Source of the DNA: Nemertoderma westbladi
Lineage: Eukaryota > Animalia > Xenacoelomorpha
Length of the DNA stretch: 38,801 nucleotides
Assembly: GCA_032718475.1 (NCBI GenBank)
Contig: JAUCBJ010002644.1
Span: forward strand, 1 to 38,801
Direction: 5' to 3'
In this document: one piece after another, positions 10,601-25,600 of the stretch
Layout of the letters: each line of letters opens with the position of its first letter
How positions within the stretch are numbered: the first letter of the stretch is position 1
Position numbers and translations under genes: made by a program
The notes under the pieces: generated by a model
Told to the model about the DNA's origin: nothing
The model's database searches: none
The model's input: the letters and a program-made list of their open reading frames with translations, nothing else

Positions 10601-13600
10601 AAACGGAACCTTTTGTTCTTACAGTTAGCTAAGAAGCGAACCTTGTTTTCTTACAGTTAGCTAAGATGCGAACATTGTTTTTTTACTGTTATCTCAGAAC
10701 GGAAGCTTTGGTTCTTACAGTTAGCTAAGAAGCGAACCTTGTTTTCTGACAGTTATCTCAGAACGGAACCTTTTGTTCTTACAGTTAGCTAAGATGCGAA
10801 CATTGTTTTCTTACAGTTATCTCAGAACGGAACCTTTTTTTCTTACAGTTAGCTAAGATGCGAACCTTGTTTTCTTACAGTTATCTCAGAACGGAACCTT
10901 TTGTTCTTACAGTTAGCTAAGATGTGAACATTGTTTTCTTACAGTTACCTCAGAACGGAACCTTTTGTTCTTACAGATAGCTAAGAAGCTCACATTGTTT
11001 TTTCAGAACGGAACCTTTTGTTCTTACAGTTAGCTAAGAAGCAACCTTGTTTTCTTACAGTTATCTCAGAACGGAACCTTTTGTTCTTAACAGTTAGCTA
11101 AGAAGCGAACCTTGTTTTCTTACAGTTATCTTAGAATTGAACCTTTTGCTCTTACAGTTAGCTAAGAAGCAACCTTGTTTTCTTACAGTCATCTCAGAAC
11201 GGAATCTGTTGTTCTTACAGTTAGCTAAGAAGCGAACCTTGTTTTCTTACAGTTATCTCAGAACGGAACCTGTTGTTCTTACAGTTAACTGAGAAGCAAC
11301 CTTGTTTTCTTACAGTTATCTCAGAACGGAACCTTTTGTTCTTACAGTTAGCAAAGAAGCGAACCTTGTTTTCTTACAGTTATCTTAGAACGGAACCTTT
11401 TGTTATAACAGTTAGCTAAGAAGCAACCTTGTTTTCTTACAGTTATCTCAGAACGGAACCTGTCGTTCTTACAGTTAGCTAAGAAGCAACCTTGTTTTCT
11501 TACAGTTATCTCAGAACGGAACCTTTTGTTCTTACAGTTAGCTAAGAAGCGAACCTTGTTTTCTTACAGTTATCTCAGAACGGAACCTTTTGTTCTTACA
11601 GTTAGCTAAGAAGCAACCTTGTTTTCTTACAGTTATCTCCGAACGGAACCTGTTGTTTTTACAGTTAGCTAAGAAGCGAACCTTGTTTTCTTACAGTTAT
11701 CTCAGAACGGAACCTTTTGTTCTTACAGTTAGCTAAGAAGCAACCTTGTTTTCTTACAGATATCTCAGAACGGAACCTTTTGTTCTTACAGTTAGCTAAG
11801 AAGCGAACCTTGTTTTCTTACAGTTATCTTAGAACGGAACCTTTTGTTCTTACAGTTAGCTAAGAAGCAACCTTGTTTTCTTACAGTTATCTCAGAACGG
11901 AACCTGTTGTTCTTACAGTTAGCTAAGAAGCGAACCTTGTTTTCTTACAGTTATCTCAGAACGGAACCTGTTGTTCTTACAGATAGCTAAGAAGCGAACA
12001 TTGTTTTTTTTCAGAACGGAACCTTTTGTTCCTACAGTTAGCTAAGAAGCAACCTTGTTTTCTTACAGTTATCTCAGAACGGAACCTTTTGTTCTTACAG
12101 TTAGCTAAGAAGCGAACCTTGTTTTCTTACAGTTATCTTAGAACGGAACCTTTTGTTCTTACAGTTAGCTAAGACTTGTTTTCTTACAGTTATCTCAGAA
12201 CGGAACCTGTTGTTCTTACAGTTAGCTAAGAAGCGAACCTTGTTTTCTTACAGTTATCTCAGAACTGAACCTGTTGTTCTTACAGATAGCTAAGAAGCGA
12301 ACCTTGTTTTTTCAGAACGGAACCTTTTGTTCTTACAGTTAGCTAAGAAACAACCTTGTTTTCTTACAGTTAGCTAAGATGCGAACCTTGTTTTCTTACA
12401 GTTATCTCAGAACGGAACCTTTTGTTCTTACAGTTGGCTAAGATGCGAACATTGTTTTCTTATAGTTATCTCAGAACGGAACCTTTTGTTCTTACAGTTA
12501 TCTAAGAAGCGAGCCTTGTTTTCTTACAGTTATCTTAGAACGGAACCTTTTGTTCTTACAGTTAGCTAAGAAGCAACCTTGTTTTCTTACAGTTCTCTCA
12601 GAACGGAACCTGTTGTTCTTACAGTTAGCTAAGAAGCAACCTTGTTTTCTTACAGTTATCTCAAAACGGAACCTTTTGTTCTTACAGTTAGCTAAGAAGC
12701 GAACCTTGTTTTCTTACAGTTCTCTTAGAACGGAACCTTGTGTTCTTACAGTTAGCTAAGAAGCAACCTTGTTTTCTTACAGTTATCTCAGAACGGAACC
12801 TTTTGTTCTTACAGTTAGCTAAGAAGCGAACCTTGTTTTCTTACAGTTATCTCAGAACGGAACCTTTTGTTCTTACAGTTAGCTAAGAAGCAACCTTGTT
12901 TTCTTACAGTTATCTCAGAACGGAACCTTTTGTTCTTACAGTTAGCTAAAAAGCGAACCTTGTTTTCTTACAGTTATCTCAGAACGGAACCTTTTGTTCT
13001 TACAGTTAGCTACGAAGCGAACCTTGTTTTCTTACAGTTATCTCAGAACGGAACCTTTTGTTCTTACAGTTAGCTAAGAAGCGAACCTTGTTTTCTTACA
13101 GTTAAATTAGAACGGAACCTTTTGTTCTTACAGTTAGCTAAGAAGCAACCTTGTTTTCTTACATTTATCTCAGAACGGAACCTGTTGTTCTTACAGTTAG
13201 TTAAGAAGCGATCCTTGTTTTCTTACAGTTATCTCAGAACGGAACCTGTTGTTCTTACAGTTAGCTAAGAAGCAACCTTGTTTTCTTACAGTTATCTCAG
13301 AACGGAACCTTTTGTTCTTACAGTTAGCTAAGAAGCGAACCTTGTTTTCTTACAGTTATCTTAGAACGGAACCTTTTGTTCTTACAGTTAGCTAAGACTT
13401 GTTTTCTTACAGTTATCTCAGAACGGAACCTGTCGTTCTTACAGTTAGCTAAGAAGCAACCTTGTTTTCTTACAGTTATCTCAGAACGGAACCTTTTGTT
13501 CTTACAGTTAGCTAAGAAGCGAACCTTGTTTTCTTACAGTTATCTCAGAACGGAACCTTTTGTTCTTACAGTTAGCTAAGAAGCAACCTTGTTTTCTTAC

Positions 13601-16600
13601 AGTTATCTCCGAACGGAACCTGTTGTTTTTACAGTTAGCTAAGAAGCGAACCTTGTTTTCTTACAGTTATCTCAGAACGGAACCTTTTGTTCTTACAGTT
13701 AGCTAAGAAGCAACCTTGTTTTCTTACAGATATCTCAGAACGGAACCTTTTGTTCTTACAGTTAGCTAAGAAGCGAACCTTGTTTTCTTACAGTTATCTT
13801 AGAACGGAACCTTTTGTTCTTACAGTTAGCTAAGAAGCAACCTTGTTTTCTTACAGTTATCTCAGAACGGAACCTGTTGTTCTTACAGTTAGCTAAGAAG
13901 CGAACCTTGTTTTCTTACAGTTATCTCAGAACGGAACCTGTTGTTCTTACAGATAGCTAAGAAGCGAACATTGTTTTTTTTCAGAACGGAACCTTTTGTT
14001 CCTACAGTTAGCTAAGAAGCAACCTTGTTTTCTTACAGTTATCTCAGAACGGAACCTTTTGTTCTTACAGTTAGCTAAGAAGCGAACCTTGTTTTCTTAC
14101 AGTTATCTTAGAACGGAACCTTTTGTTCTTAGAGTTAGCTAAGACTTGTTTTCTTACAGTTATCTCAGAACGGAACCTGTTGTTCTTACAGTTAGCTAAG
14201 AAGCGAACCTTGTTTTCTTACAGTTATCTCAGAACTGAACCTGTTGTTCTTACAGATAGCTAAGAAGCGAACCTTGTTTTTTCAGAACGGAACCTTTTGT
14301 TCTTACAGTTAGCTAAGAAACAACCTTGTTTTCTTACAGTTAGCTAAGATGCGAACCTTGTTTTCTTACAGTTATCTCAGAACGGAACCTTTTGTTCTTA
14401 CAGTTAGCTAAGATGCGAACATTGTTTTCTTATAGTTATCTCAGAACGGAACCTTTTGTTCTTACAGTTATCTAAGAAGCGAGCCTTGTTTTCTTACAGT
14501 TATCTTAGAACGGAACCTTTTGTTCTTACAGTTAGCTAAGAAGCAACCTTGTTTTCTTACAGTTCTCTCAGAACGGAACCTGTTGTTCTTACAGTTAGCT
14601 AAGAAGCAACCTTGTTTTCTTACAGTTATCTCAAAACGGAACCTTTTGTTCTTACAGTTAGCTAAGAAGCGAACCTTGTTTTCTTACAGTTCTCTTAGAA
14701 CGGAACCTTGTGTTCTTACAGTTAGCTAAGAAGCAACCTTGTTTTCTTACAGTTATCTCAGAACGGAACCTTTTGTTCTTACAGTTAGCTAAGAAGCGAA
14801 CCTTGTTTTCTTACAGTTATCTCAGAACGGAACCTTTTGTTCTTACAGTTAGCTAAGAAGCAACCTTGTTTTCTTACAGTTATCTCAGAACGGAACCTTT
14901 TGTTCTTACAGTTAGCTAAAAAGCGAACCTTGTTTTCTTACAGTTATCTCAGAACGGAACCTTTTGTTCTTACAGTTAGCTACGAAGCGAACCTTGTTTT
15001 CTTACAGTTATCTCAGAACGGAACCTTTTGTTCTTACAGTTAGCTAAGAAGCGAACCTTGTTTTCTTACAGTTAAATTAGAACGGAACCTTTTGTTCTTA
15101 CAGTTAGCTAAGAAGCAACCTTGTTTTCTTACATTTATCTCAGAACGGAACCTGTTGTTCTTACAGTTAGTTAAGAAGCGATCCTTGTTTTCTTACAGTT
15201 ATCTCAGAACGGAACCTGTTGTTCTTACAGTTAGCTAAGAAGCAACCTTGTTTTCTTACAGTTATCTCAGAACGGAACCTTTTGTTCTTACAGTTAGCTA
15301 AGAAGCGAACCTTGTTTTCTTACAGTTATCTTAGAACGGAACCTTTTGTTCTTACAGTTAGCTAAGACTTGTTTTCTTACAGTTATCTCAGAACGGAACC
15401 TGTTGTTCTTACAGTTAGCTAAGAAGCGAACCTTGTTTTCTTACAGTTATCTCAGAACTGAACCTGTTGTTCTTACAGATAGCTAAGAAGCGAACATTGT
15501 TTTTTCAGAACGGAACCTTTTGTTCTTACAGTTAGCTAAGAAGCAACCTTGTTTTCTTACAGTTATCTCAGAACGGAACCTTTTGTTCTTACAGTTATCT
15601 AAGAAGCGAGCCTTGTTTTCTTACAGTTATCTTAGAACGGAACCTTTTGTTCTTACAGTTAGCTAAGAAGCAACCTTGTTTTCTTACAGTTCTCTCAGAA
15701 CGGAACCTGTTGTTCTTACAGTTAGCTAAGAAGCAACCTTGTTTTCTTACAGTTATCTCAAAACGGAACCTTTTGTTCTTACAGTTAGCTAAGAAGCGAA
15801 CCTTGTTTTCTTACAGTTCTCTTAGAACGGAACCTTGTGTTCTTACAGTTAGCTAAGAAGCAACCTTGTTTTCTTACAGTTATCTCAGAACGGAACCTTT
15901 TGTTCTTACAGTTAGCTAAGAAGCGAACCTTGTTTTCTTACAGTTATCTCAGAACGGAACCTTTTGTTCTTACAGTTAGCTAAGAAGCAACCTTGTTTTC
16001 TTACAGTTATCTCAGAACGGAACCTTTTGTTCTTACAGTTTGCTAAGAAGCGAACCCTGTTTTCTTACAGTTATCTCAGAACGGAACCTTTTGTTCTTAC
16101 AGTTAGCTAAGAAGCGAACCTTGTTTTCTTACAGTTATCTCAGAACGGAAGCTTTGGTTCTTACAGTTAGCTAAGAAGCGAACCTTGTTTTTACAGTTAT
16201 CTCAGAACTGAACCTTTTGTTCTTACAGTTAGCTAAGATGCGAACATTGTTTTCTTACAGTTATCTCAGAACGGAACCTTTTGTTCTTACAGTTAGCTAA
16301 GATGCAAACATTGTTTTCTTACAGTTATCTCAAAACGGAACCTTTTGTTCTTACAGTTAGCTAAGAAGCGAACCTTGTTTTCTTACAGTTAGCTAAGATG
16401 CGAACATTGTTTTTTTACTGTTATCTCAGAACAGAACCTTTTGTTTTTACAGTTAGCTAAGAAGCGAACCTTGTTTTCTTACAGTTATCTCAGAACGGAA
16501 CCTTTTGTTCTTACAGTTAGCTAAGAAGCTAACCTTGTTTTCTTACAGTTATCTCAGAACGGAAGCTTTGGTTCTTACAGTTAGCTAAGAAGCGAACCTT

Positions 16601-19600
16601 GTTTTCTGACAGTTATCTCAGAACGGAACCTTTTGTTCTTACAGTTAGCTAAGATGCGAACATTGTTTTCTTACAGTTATCTCAGAACGGAACCTTTTGT
16701 TCTTACAGTTAGCTAAGATGCGAACCTTGTTTTCTTACAGTTATCTCAGAACGGAACCTTTTGTTCTTACAGTTAGCTAAGATGTGAACATTGTTTTCTT
16801 ACAGTTACTTCAGAACGGAACCTTTTGTTCTTACAGATAGCTAAGAAGCGAACATTGTTTTTTCAGAACGGAACCTTTTGTTCTTACAGTTAGCTAAGAA
16901 GCAACCTTGTTTTCTTACAGTTATCTCAGAACGGAACCTTTTGTTCTTACCAGTTAGCTAAGAAGCGAACCTTGTTTTCTTACAGTTATCTCAGAACGGA
17001 AGCTTTGGTTCTTACAGTTAGCTAAGAAGCGAACCTTGTTTTTTACAGTTATTTCAGAGCGGAACCTTTTGTTCTTACAGTTAGCTAAGATGCGAACATT
17101 GTTTTCTTACAGTTATCTCAGAACGGAACCTTTTGTTCTTACAGTTATCTAAGAAGCGAGCCTTGTTTTCTTACAGTTATCTTAGAACGGAACCTTTTGT
17201 TCTTACAGTTAGCTAAGAAGCAACCTTGTTTTCTTACAGTTCTCTCAGAACGGAACCTGTTGTTCTTACAGTTAGCTAAGAAGCAACCTTGTTTTCTTAC
17301 AGTTATCTCAAAACGGAACCTTTTGTTCTTACAGTTAGCTAAGAAGCGAACCTTGTTTTCTTACAGTTCTCTTAGAACGGAACCTTGTGTTCTTACAGTT
17401 AGCTAAGAAGCAACCTTGTTTTCTTACAGTTATCTCAGAACGGAACCTTTTGTTCTTACAGTTAGCTAAGAAGCGAACCTTGTTTTCTTACAGTTATCTC
17501 AGAACGGAACCTTTTGTTCTTACAGTTAGCTAAGAAGCAACCTTGTTTTCTTACAGTTATCTCAGAACGGAACCTGTTGTTCTTACAGTTAACTGAGAAG
17601 CAACCTTGTTTTCTTACAGTTATCTCAGAACGGAACCTTTTGTTCTTACAGTTAGCAAAGAAGCGAACCTTGTTTTCTTACAGTTATCTTAGAACGGAAC
17701 CTTTTGTTATAACAGTTAGCTAAGAAGCAACCTTGTTTTCTTACAGTTATCTCAGAACGGAACCTGTCGTTCTTACAGTTAGCTAAGAAGCAACCTTGTT
17801 TTCTTACAGTTATCTCAGAACGGAACCTTTTGTTCTTACAGTTAGCTAAGAAGCGAACCTTGTTTTCTTACAGTTATCTCAGAACGGAACCTTTTGTTCT
17901 TACAGTTAGCTAAGAAGCAACCTTGTTTTCTTACAGTTATCTCCGAACGGAACCTGTTGTTTTTACAGTTAGCTAAGAAGCGAACCTTGTTTTCTTACAG
18001 TTATCTCAGAACGGAACCTTTTGTTCTTACAGTTAGCTAAGAAGCAACCTTGTTTTCTTACAGTTATCTCAGAACGGAACCTTTTGTTCTTACAGTTAGC
18101 TAAGAAGCAACCTTGTTTTCTTACAGTTATCTCAGAACGGAACCTGTTGTTCTTACAGTTAGCTAAGAAGCGAACCTTGTTTTCTTACAGTTATCTCAGA
18201 ACGGAACCTGTTGTTCTTACAGATAGCTAAGAAGCGAACATTGTTTTTTTTCAGAACGGAACCTTTTGTTCCTACAGTTAGCTAAGAAGCAACCTTGTTT
18301 TCTTACAGTTATCTCAGAACGGAACCTTTTGTTCTTACAGTTAGCTAAGAAGCGAACCTTGTTTTCTTACAGTTATCTTAGAACAGAACCTTTTGTTCTT
18401 ACAGTTAGCTAAGACTTGTTTTCTTACAGTTATCTCAGAACGGAACCTGTTGTTCTTACAGTTAGCTAAGAAGCGAACCTTGTTTTCTTACAGTTATCTC
18501 AGAACTGAACCTGTTGTTCTTACAGATAGCTAAGAAGCGAACATTGTTTTTTCAGAACGGAACCTTTTGTTCTTACAGTTAGCTAAGAAACAACCTTGTT
18601 TTCTTACAGTTAGCTAAGATGCGAACCTTGTTTTCTTACAGTTATCTCAGAACGGAACCTTTTGTTCTTACAGTTAGCTAAGATGCGAACATTGTTTTCA
18701 TACAGTTATCTCAGAACGGAACCTTTTGTTCTTACAGTTATCTAAGAAGCGAGCCTTGTTTTCTTACAGTTATCTTAGAACGGAACCTTTTGTTCTTACA
18801 GTTAGCTAAGAAGCAACCTTGTTTTCTTACAGTTCTCTCAGAACGGAACCTGTTGTTCTTACAGTTAGCTAAGAAGCAACCTTGTTTTCTTACAGTTATC
18901 TCAAAACGGAACCTTTTGTTCTTACAGTTAGCTAAGAAGCGAACCTTGTTTTCTTACAGTTCTCTTAGAACGGAACCTTGTGTTCTTACAGTTAGCTAAG
19001 AAGCAACCTTGTTTTCTTACAGTTATCTCAGAACGGAACCTTTTGTTCTTACAGTTAGCTAAGAAGCGAACCTTGTTTTCTTACAGTTATCTCAGAACGG
19101 AACCTTTTGTTCTTACAGTTAGCTAAGAAGCAACCTTGTTTTCTTACAGTTATCTCAGAACGGAACCTTTTGTTCTTACAGTTAGCTAAAAAGCGAACCT
19201 TGTTTTCTTACAGTTATCTCAGAACGGAACCTTTTGTTCTTACAGTTAGCTACGAAGCGAACCTTGTTTTCTTACAGTTATCTCAGAACGGAACCTTTTG
19301 TTCTTACAGTTAGCTAAGAAGCGAACCTTGTTTTCTTACAGTTAAATTAGAACGGAACCTTTTGTTCTTACAGTTAGCTAAGAAGCAACCTTGTTTTCTT
19401 ACATTTATCTCAGAACGGAACCTGTTGTTCTTACAGTTAGTTAAGAAGCGATCCTTGTTTTCTTACAGTTATCTCAGAACGGAACCTGTTGTTCTTACAG
19501 TTAGCTAAGAAGCAACCTTGTTTTCTTACAGTTAAATTAGAACGGAACCTTTTGTTCTTACAGTTAGCTAAGAAGCAACCTTGTTTTCTTACATTTATCT

Positions 19601-22600
19601 CAGAACGGAACCTGTTGTTCTTACAGTTAGTTAAGAAGCGATCCTTGTTTTCTTACAGTTATCTCAGAACGGAACCTGTTGTTCTTACAGTTAGCTAAGA
19701 AGCAACCTTGTTTTCTTACAGTTATCTCAGAACGGAACCTTTTGTTCTTACAGTTAGCTAAGAAGCGAACCTTGTTTTCTTACAGTTATCTTAGAACGGA
19801 ACCTTTTGTTCTTACAGTTAGCTAAGACTTGTTTTCTTACAGTTATCTCAGAACGGAACCTGTTGTTCTTACAGTTAGCTAAGAAGCGAACCTTGTTTTC
19901 TTACAGTTATCTCAGAACTGAACCTGTTGTTCTTACAGATAGCTAAGAAGCGAACATTGTTTTTTCAGAACGGAACCTTTTGTTCTTACAGTTAGCTAAG
20001 AAGCAACCTTGTTTTCTTACAGTTATCTCAGAACGGAACCTTTTGTTCTTACAGTTATCTAAGAAGCGAGCCTTGTTTTCTTACAGTTATCTTAGAACGG
20101 AACCTTTTGTTCTTACAGTTAGCTAAGAAGCAACCTTGTTTTCTTACAGTTCTCTCAGAACGGAACCTGTTGTTCTTACAGTTAGCTAAGAAGCAACCTT
20201 GTTTTCTTACAGTTATCTCAAAACGGAACCTTTTGTTCTTACAGTTAGCTAAGAAGCGAACCTTGTTTTCTTACAGTTCTCTTAGAACGGAACCTTGTGT
20301 TCTTACAGTTAGCTAAGAAGCAACCTTGTTTTCTTACAGTTATCTCAGAACGGAACCTTTTGTTCTTACAGTTAGCTAAGAAGCGAACCTTGTTTTCTTA
20401 CAGTTATCTCAGAACGGAACCTTTTGTTCTTACAGTTAGCTAAGAAGCAACCTTGTTTTCTTACAGTTATCTCAGAACGGAACCTTTTGTTCTTACAGTT
20501 AGCTAAGAAGCGAACCCTGTTTTCTTACAGTTATCTCAGAACGGAACCTTTTGTTCTTACAGTTAGCTAAGAAGCGAACCTTGTTTTCTTACAGTTATCT
20601 CAGAACGGAAGCTTTGGTTCTTACAGTTAGCTAAGAAGCGAACCTTGTTTTTACAGTTATCTCAGAACTGAACCTTTTGTTCTTACAGTTAGCTAAGATG
20701 CGAACATTGTTTTCTTACAGTTATCTCAGAACGGAACCTTTTGTTCTTACAGTTAGCTAAGATGCAAACATTGTTTTCTTACAGTTATCTCAAAACGGAA
20801 CCTTTTGTTCTTACAGTTAGCTAAGAAGCGAACCTTGTTTTCTTACAGTTAGCTAAGATGCGAACATTGTTTTTTTACTGTTATCTCAGAACAGAACCTT
20901 TTGTTCTTACAGTTAGCTAAGAAGCGAACCTTGTTTTCTTACAGTTATCTCAGAACGGAACCTTTTGTTCTTACAGTTAGCTAAGAAGCTAACCTTGTTT
21001 TCTTACAGTTATCTCAGAACGGAAGCTTTGGTTCTTACAGTTAGCTAAGAAGCGAACCTTGTTTTCTGACAGTTATCTCAGAACGGAACCTTTTGTTCTT
21101 ACAGTTAGCTAAGATGCGAACATTGTTTTCTTACAGTTATCTCAGAACGGAACCTTTTGTTCTTACAGTTAGCTAAGATGCGAACCTTGTTTTCTTACAG
21201 TTATCTCAGAACGGAACCTTTTGTTCTTACAGTTAGCTAAGATGTGAACATTGTTTTCTTACAGTTACTTCAGAACGGAACCTTTTGTTCTTACAGATAG
21301 CTAAGAAGCGAACATTGTTTTTTCAGAACGGAACCTTTTGTTCTTACAGTTAGCTAAGAAGCAACCTTGTTTTCTTACAGTTATCTCAGAACGGAACCTT
21401 TTGTTCTTACCAGTTAGCTAAGAAGCGAACCTTGTTTTCTTACAGTTATCTCAGAACGGAAGCTTTGGTTCTTACAGTTAGCTAAGAAGCGAACCTTGTT
21501 TTTTACAGTTATTTCAGAGCGGAACCTTTTGTTCTTACAGTTAGCTAAGATGCGAACATTGTTTTCTTACAGTTATCTCAGAACGGAACCTTTTGTTCTT
21601 ACAGTTATCTAAGAAGCGAGCCTTGTTTTCTTACAGTTATCTTAGAACGGAACCTTTTGTTCTTACAGTTAGCTAAGAAGCAACCTTGTTTTCTTACAGT
21701 TCTCTCAGAACGGAACCTGTTGTTCTTACAGTTAGCTAAGAAGCAACCTTGTTTTCTTACAGTTATCTCAAAACGGAACCTTTTGTTCTTACAGTTAGCT
21801 AAGAAGCGAACCTTGTTTTCTTACAGTTCTCTTAGAACGGAACCTTGTGTTCTTACAGTTAGCTAAGAAGCAACCTTGTTTTCTTACAGTTATCTCAGAA
21901 CGGAACCTTTTGTTCTTACAGTTAGCTAAGAAGCGAACCTTGTTTTCTTACAGTTATCTCAGAACGGAACCTTTTGTTCTTACAGTTAGCTAAGAAGCAA
22001 CCTTGTTTTCTTACAGTTATCTCAGAACGGAACCTTTTGTTCTTACAGTTAGCTAAGAAGCGAACCTTGTTTTCTTACAGTTATCTCAGAACGGAACCTT
22101 TTGTTCTTACAGTTAGCTAAGAAGCGAACCTTGTTTTCTTACAGTTATCTCAGAACGGAACCTTTTGTTCTTACAGTTAGCTAAGAAGCAACCTTGTTTT
22201 CTTACAGTTATCTCAGAACGGAACCTTTTGTTCTTACAGTTAGCTAAAAAGCGAACCTTGTTTTCTTACAGTTATCTCAGAACGGAACCTTTTGTTCTTA
22301 CAGTTAGCTACGAAGCGAACCTTGTTTTCTTACAGTTATCTCAGAACGGAACCTTTTGTTCTTACAGTTAGCTAAGAAGCGAACCTTGTTTTCTTACAGT
22401 TAAATTAGAACGGAACCTTTTGTTCTTACAGTTAGCTAAGAAGCAACCTTGTTTTCTTACATTTATCTCAGAACGGAACCTGTTGTTCTTACAGTTAGTT
22501 AAGAAGCGATCCTTGTTTTCTTACAGTTATCTCAGAACGGAACCTGTTGTTCTTACAGTTAGCTAAGAAGCAACCTTGTTTTCTTACAGTTAAATTAGAA

Positions 22601-25600
22601 CGGAACCTTTTGTTCTTACAGTTAGCTAAGAAGCAACCTTGTTTTCTTACATTTATCTCAGAACGGAACCTGTTGTTCTTACAGTTAGTTAAGAAGCGAT
22701 CCTTGTTTTCTTACAGTTATCTCAGAACGGAACCTGTTGTTCTTACAGTTAGCTAAGAAGCAACCTTGTTTTCTTACAGTTATCTCAGAACGGAACCTTT
22801 TGTTCTTACAGTTAGCTAAGAAGCGAACCTTGTTTTCTTACAGTTATCTTAGAACGGAACCTTTTGTTCTTACAGTTAGCTAAGACTTGTTTTCTTACAG
22901 TTATCTCAGAACGGAACCTGTTGTTCTTACAGTTAGCTAAGAAGCGAACCTTGTTTTCTTACAGTTATCTCAGAACTGAACCTGTTGTTCTTACAGATAG
23001 CTAAGAAGCGAACATTGTTTTTTCAGAACGGAACCTTTTGTTCTTACAGTTAGCTAAGAAGCAACCTTGTTTTCTTACAGTTATCTCAGAACGGAACCTT
23101 TTGTTCTTACAGTTATCTAAGAAGCGAGCCTTGTTTTCTTACAGTTATCTTAGAACGGAACCTTTTGTTCTTACAGTTAGCTAAGAAGCAACCTTGTTTT
23201 CTTACAGTTCTCTCAGAACGGAACCTGTTGTTCTTACAGTTAGCTAAGAAGCAACCTTGTTTTCTTACAGTTATCTCAAAACGGAACCTTTTGTTCTTAC
23301 AGTTAGCTAAGAAGCGAACCTTGTTTTCTTACAGTTCTCTTAGAACGGAACCTTGTGTTCTTACAGTTAGCTAAGAAGCAACCTTGTTTTCTTACAGTTA
23401 TCTCAGAACGGAACCTTTTGTTCTTACAGTTAGCTAAGAAGCGAACCTTGTTTTCTTACAGTTATCTCAGAACGGAACCTTTTGTTCTTACAGTTAGCTA
23501 AGAAGCAACCTTGTTTTCTTACAGTTATCTCAGAACGGAACCTTTTGTTCTTACAGTTAGCTAAGAAGCGAACCCTGTTTTCTTACAGTTATCTCAGAAC
23601 GGAACCTTTTGTACTTACAGTTAGCTAAGAAGCGAACCTTGTTTTCTTACAGTTATCTCAGAACGGAAGCTTTGGTTCTTACAGTTAGCTAAGAAGCGAA
23701 CCTTGTTTTTACAGTTATCTCAGAACTGAACCTTTTGTTCTTACAGTTAGCTAAGATGCGAACATTGTTTTCTTACAGTTATCTCAGAACGGAACCTTTT
23801 GTTCTTACAGTTAGCTAAGATGCAAACATTGTTTTCTTACAGTTATCTCAAAACGGAACCTTTTGTTCTTACAGTTAGCTAAGAAGCGAACCTTGTTTTC
23901 TTACAGTTAGCTAAGATGCGAACATTGTTTTTTTACTGTTATCTCAGAACAGAACCTTTTGTTCTTACAGTTAGCTAAGAAGCGAACCTTGTTTTCTTAC
24001 AGTTATCTCAGAACGGAACCTTTTGTTCTTACAGTTAGCTAAGAAGCTAACCTTGTTTTCTTACAGTTATCTCAGAACGGAAGCTTTGGTTCTTACAGTT
24101 AGCTAAGAAGCGAACCTTGTTTTCTGACAGTTATCTCAGAACGGAACCTTTTGTTCTTACAGTTAGCTAAGATGCGAACATTGTTTTCTTACAGTTATCT
24201 CAGAACGGAACCTTTTGTTCTTACAGTTAGCTAAGATGCGAACCTTGTTTTCTTACAGTTATCTCAGAACGGAACCTTTTGTTCTTACAGTTAGCTAAGA
24301 TGTGAACATTGTTTTCTTACAGTTACTTCAGAACGGAACCTTTTGTTCTTACAGATAGCTAAGAAGCGAACATTGTTTTTTCAGAACGGAACCTTTTGTT
24401 CTTACAGTTAGCTAAGAAGCAACCTTGTTTTCTTACAGTTATCTCAGAACGGAACCTTTTGTTCTTACCAGTTAGCTAAGAAGCGAACCTTGTTTTCTTA
24501 CAGTTATCTCAGAACGGAAGCTTTGGTTCTTACAGTTAGCTAAGAAGCGAACCTTGTTTTTTACAGTTATTTCAGAGCGGAACCTTTTGTTCTTACAGTT
24601 AGCTAAGATGCGAACATTGTTTTCTTACAGTTATCTCAGAACGGAACCTTTTGTTCTTACAGTTATCTAAGAAGCGAGCCTTGTTTTCTTACAGTTATCT
24701 TAGAACGGAACCTTTTGTTCTTACAGTTAGCTAAGAAGCAACCTTGTTTTCTTACAGTTCTCTCAGAACGGAACCTGTTGTTCTTACAGTTAGCTAAGAA
24801 GCAACCTTGTTTTCTTACAGTTATCTCAAAACGGAACCTTTTGTTCTTACAGTTAGCTAAGAAGCGAACCTTGTTTTCTTACAGTTCTCTTAGAACGGAA
24901 CCTTGTGTTCTTACAGTTAGCTAAGAAGCAACCTTGTTTTCTTACAGTTATCTCAGAACGGAACCTTTTGTTCTTACAGTTAGCTAAGAAGCGAACCTTG
25001 TTTTCTTACAGTTATCTCAGAACGGAACCTTTTGTTCTTACAGTTAGCTAAGAAGCAACCTTGTTTTCTTACAGTTATCTCAGAACGGAACCTTTTGTTC
25101 TTACAGTTAGCTAAGAAGCGAACCTTGTTTTCTTACAGTTATCTCAGAACGGAACCTTTTGTTCTTACAGTTAGCTACGAAGCGAACCTTGTTTTCTTAC
25201 AGTTATCTCAGAACGGAACCTTTTGTTCTTACAGTTAGCTAAGAAGCGAACCTTGTTTTCTTACAGTTAAATTAGAACGGAACCTTTTGTTCTTACAGTT
25301 AGCTAAGAAGCAACCTTGTTTTCTTACAGTTATCTCAGAACGGAACCTGTCGTTCTTACAGTTAGCTAAGAAGCAACCTTGTTTTCTTACAGTTATCTCA
25401 GAACGGAACCTTTTGTTCTTACAGTTAGCTAAGAAGCGAACCTTGTTTTCTTACAGTTATCTCAGAACGGAACCTTTTGTTCTTACAGTTAGCTAAGAAG
25501 CAACCTTGTTTTCTTACAGTTATCTCCGAACGGAACCTGTTGTTTTTACAGTTAGCTAAGAAGCGAACCTTGTTTTCTTACAGTTATCTCAGAACGGAAC

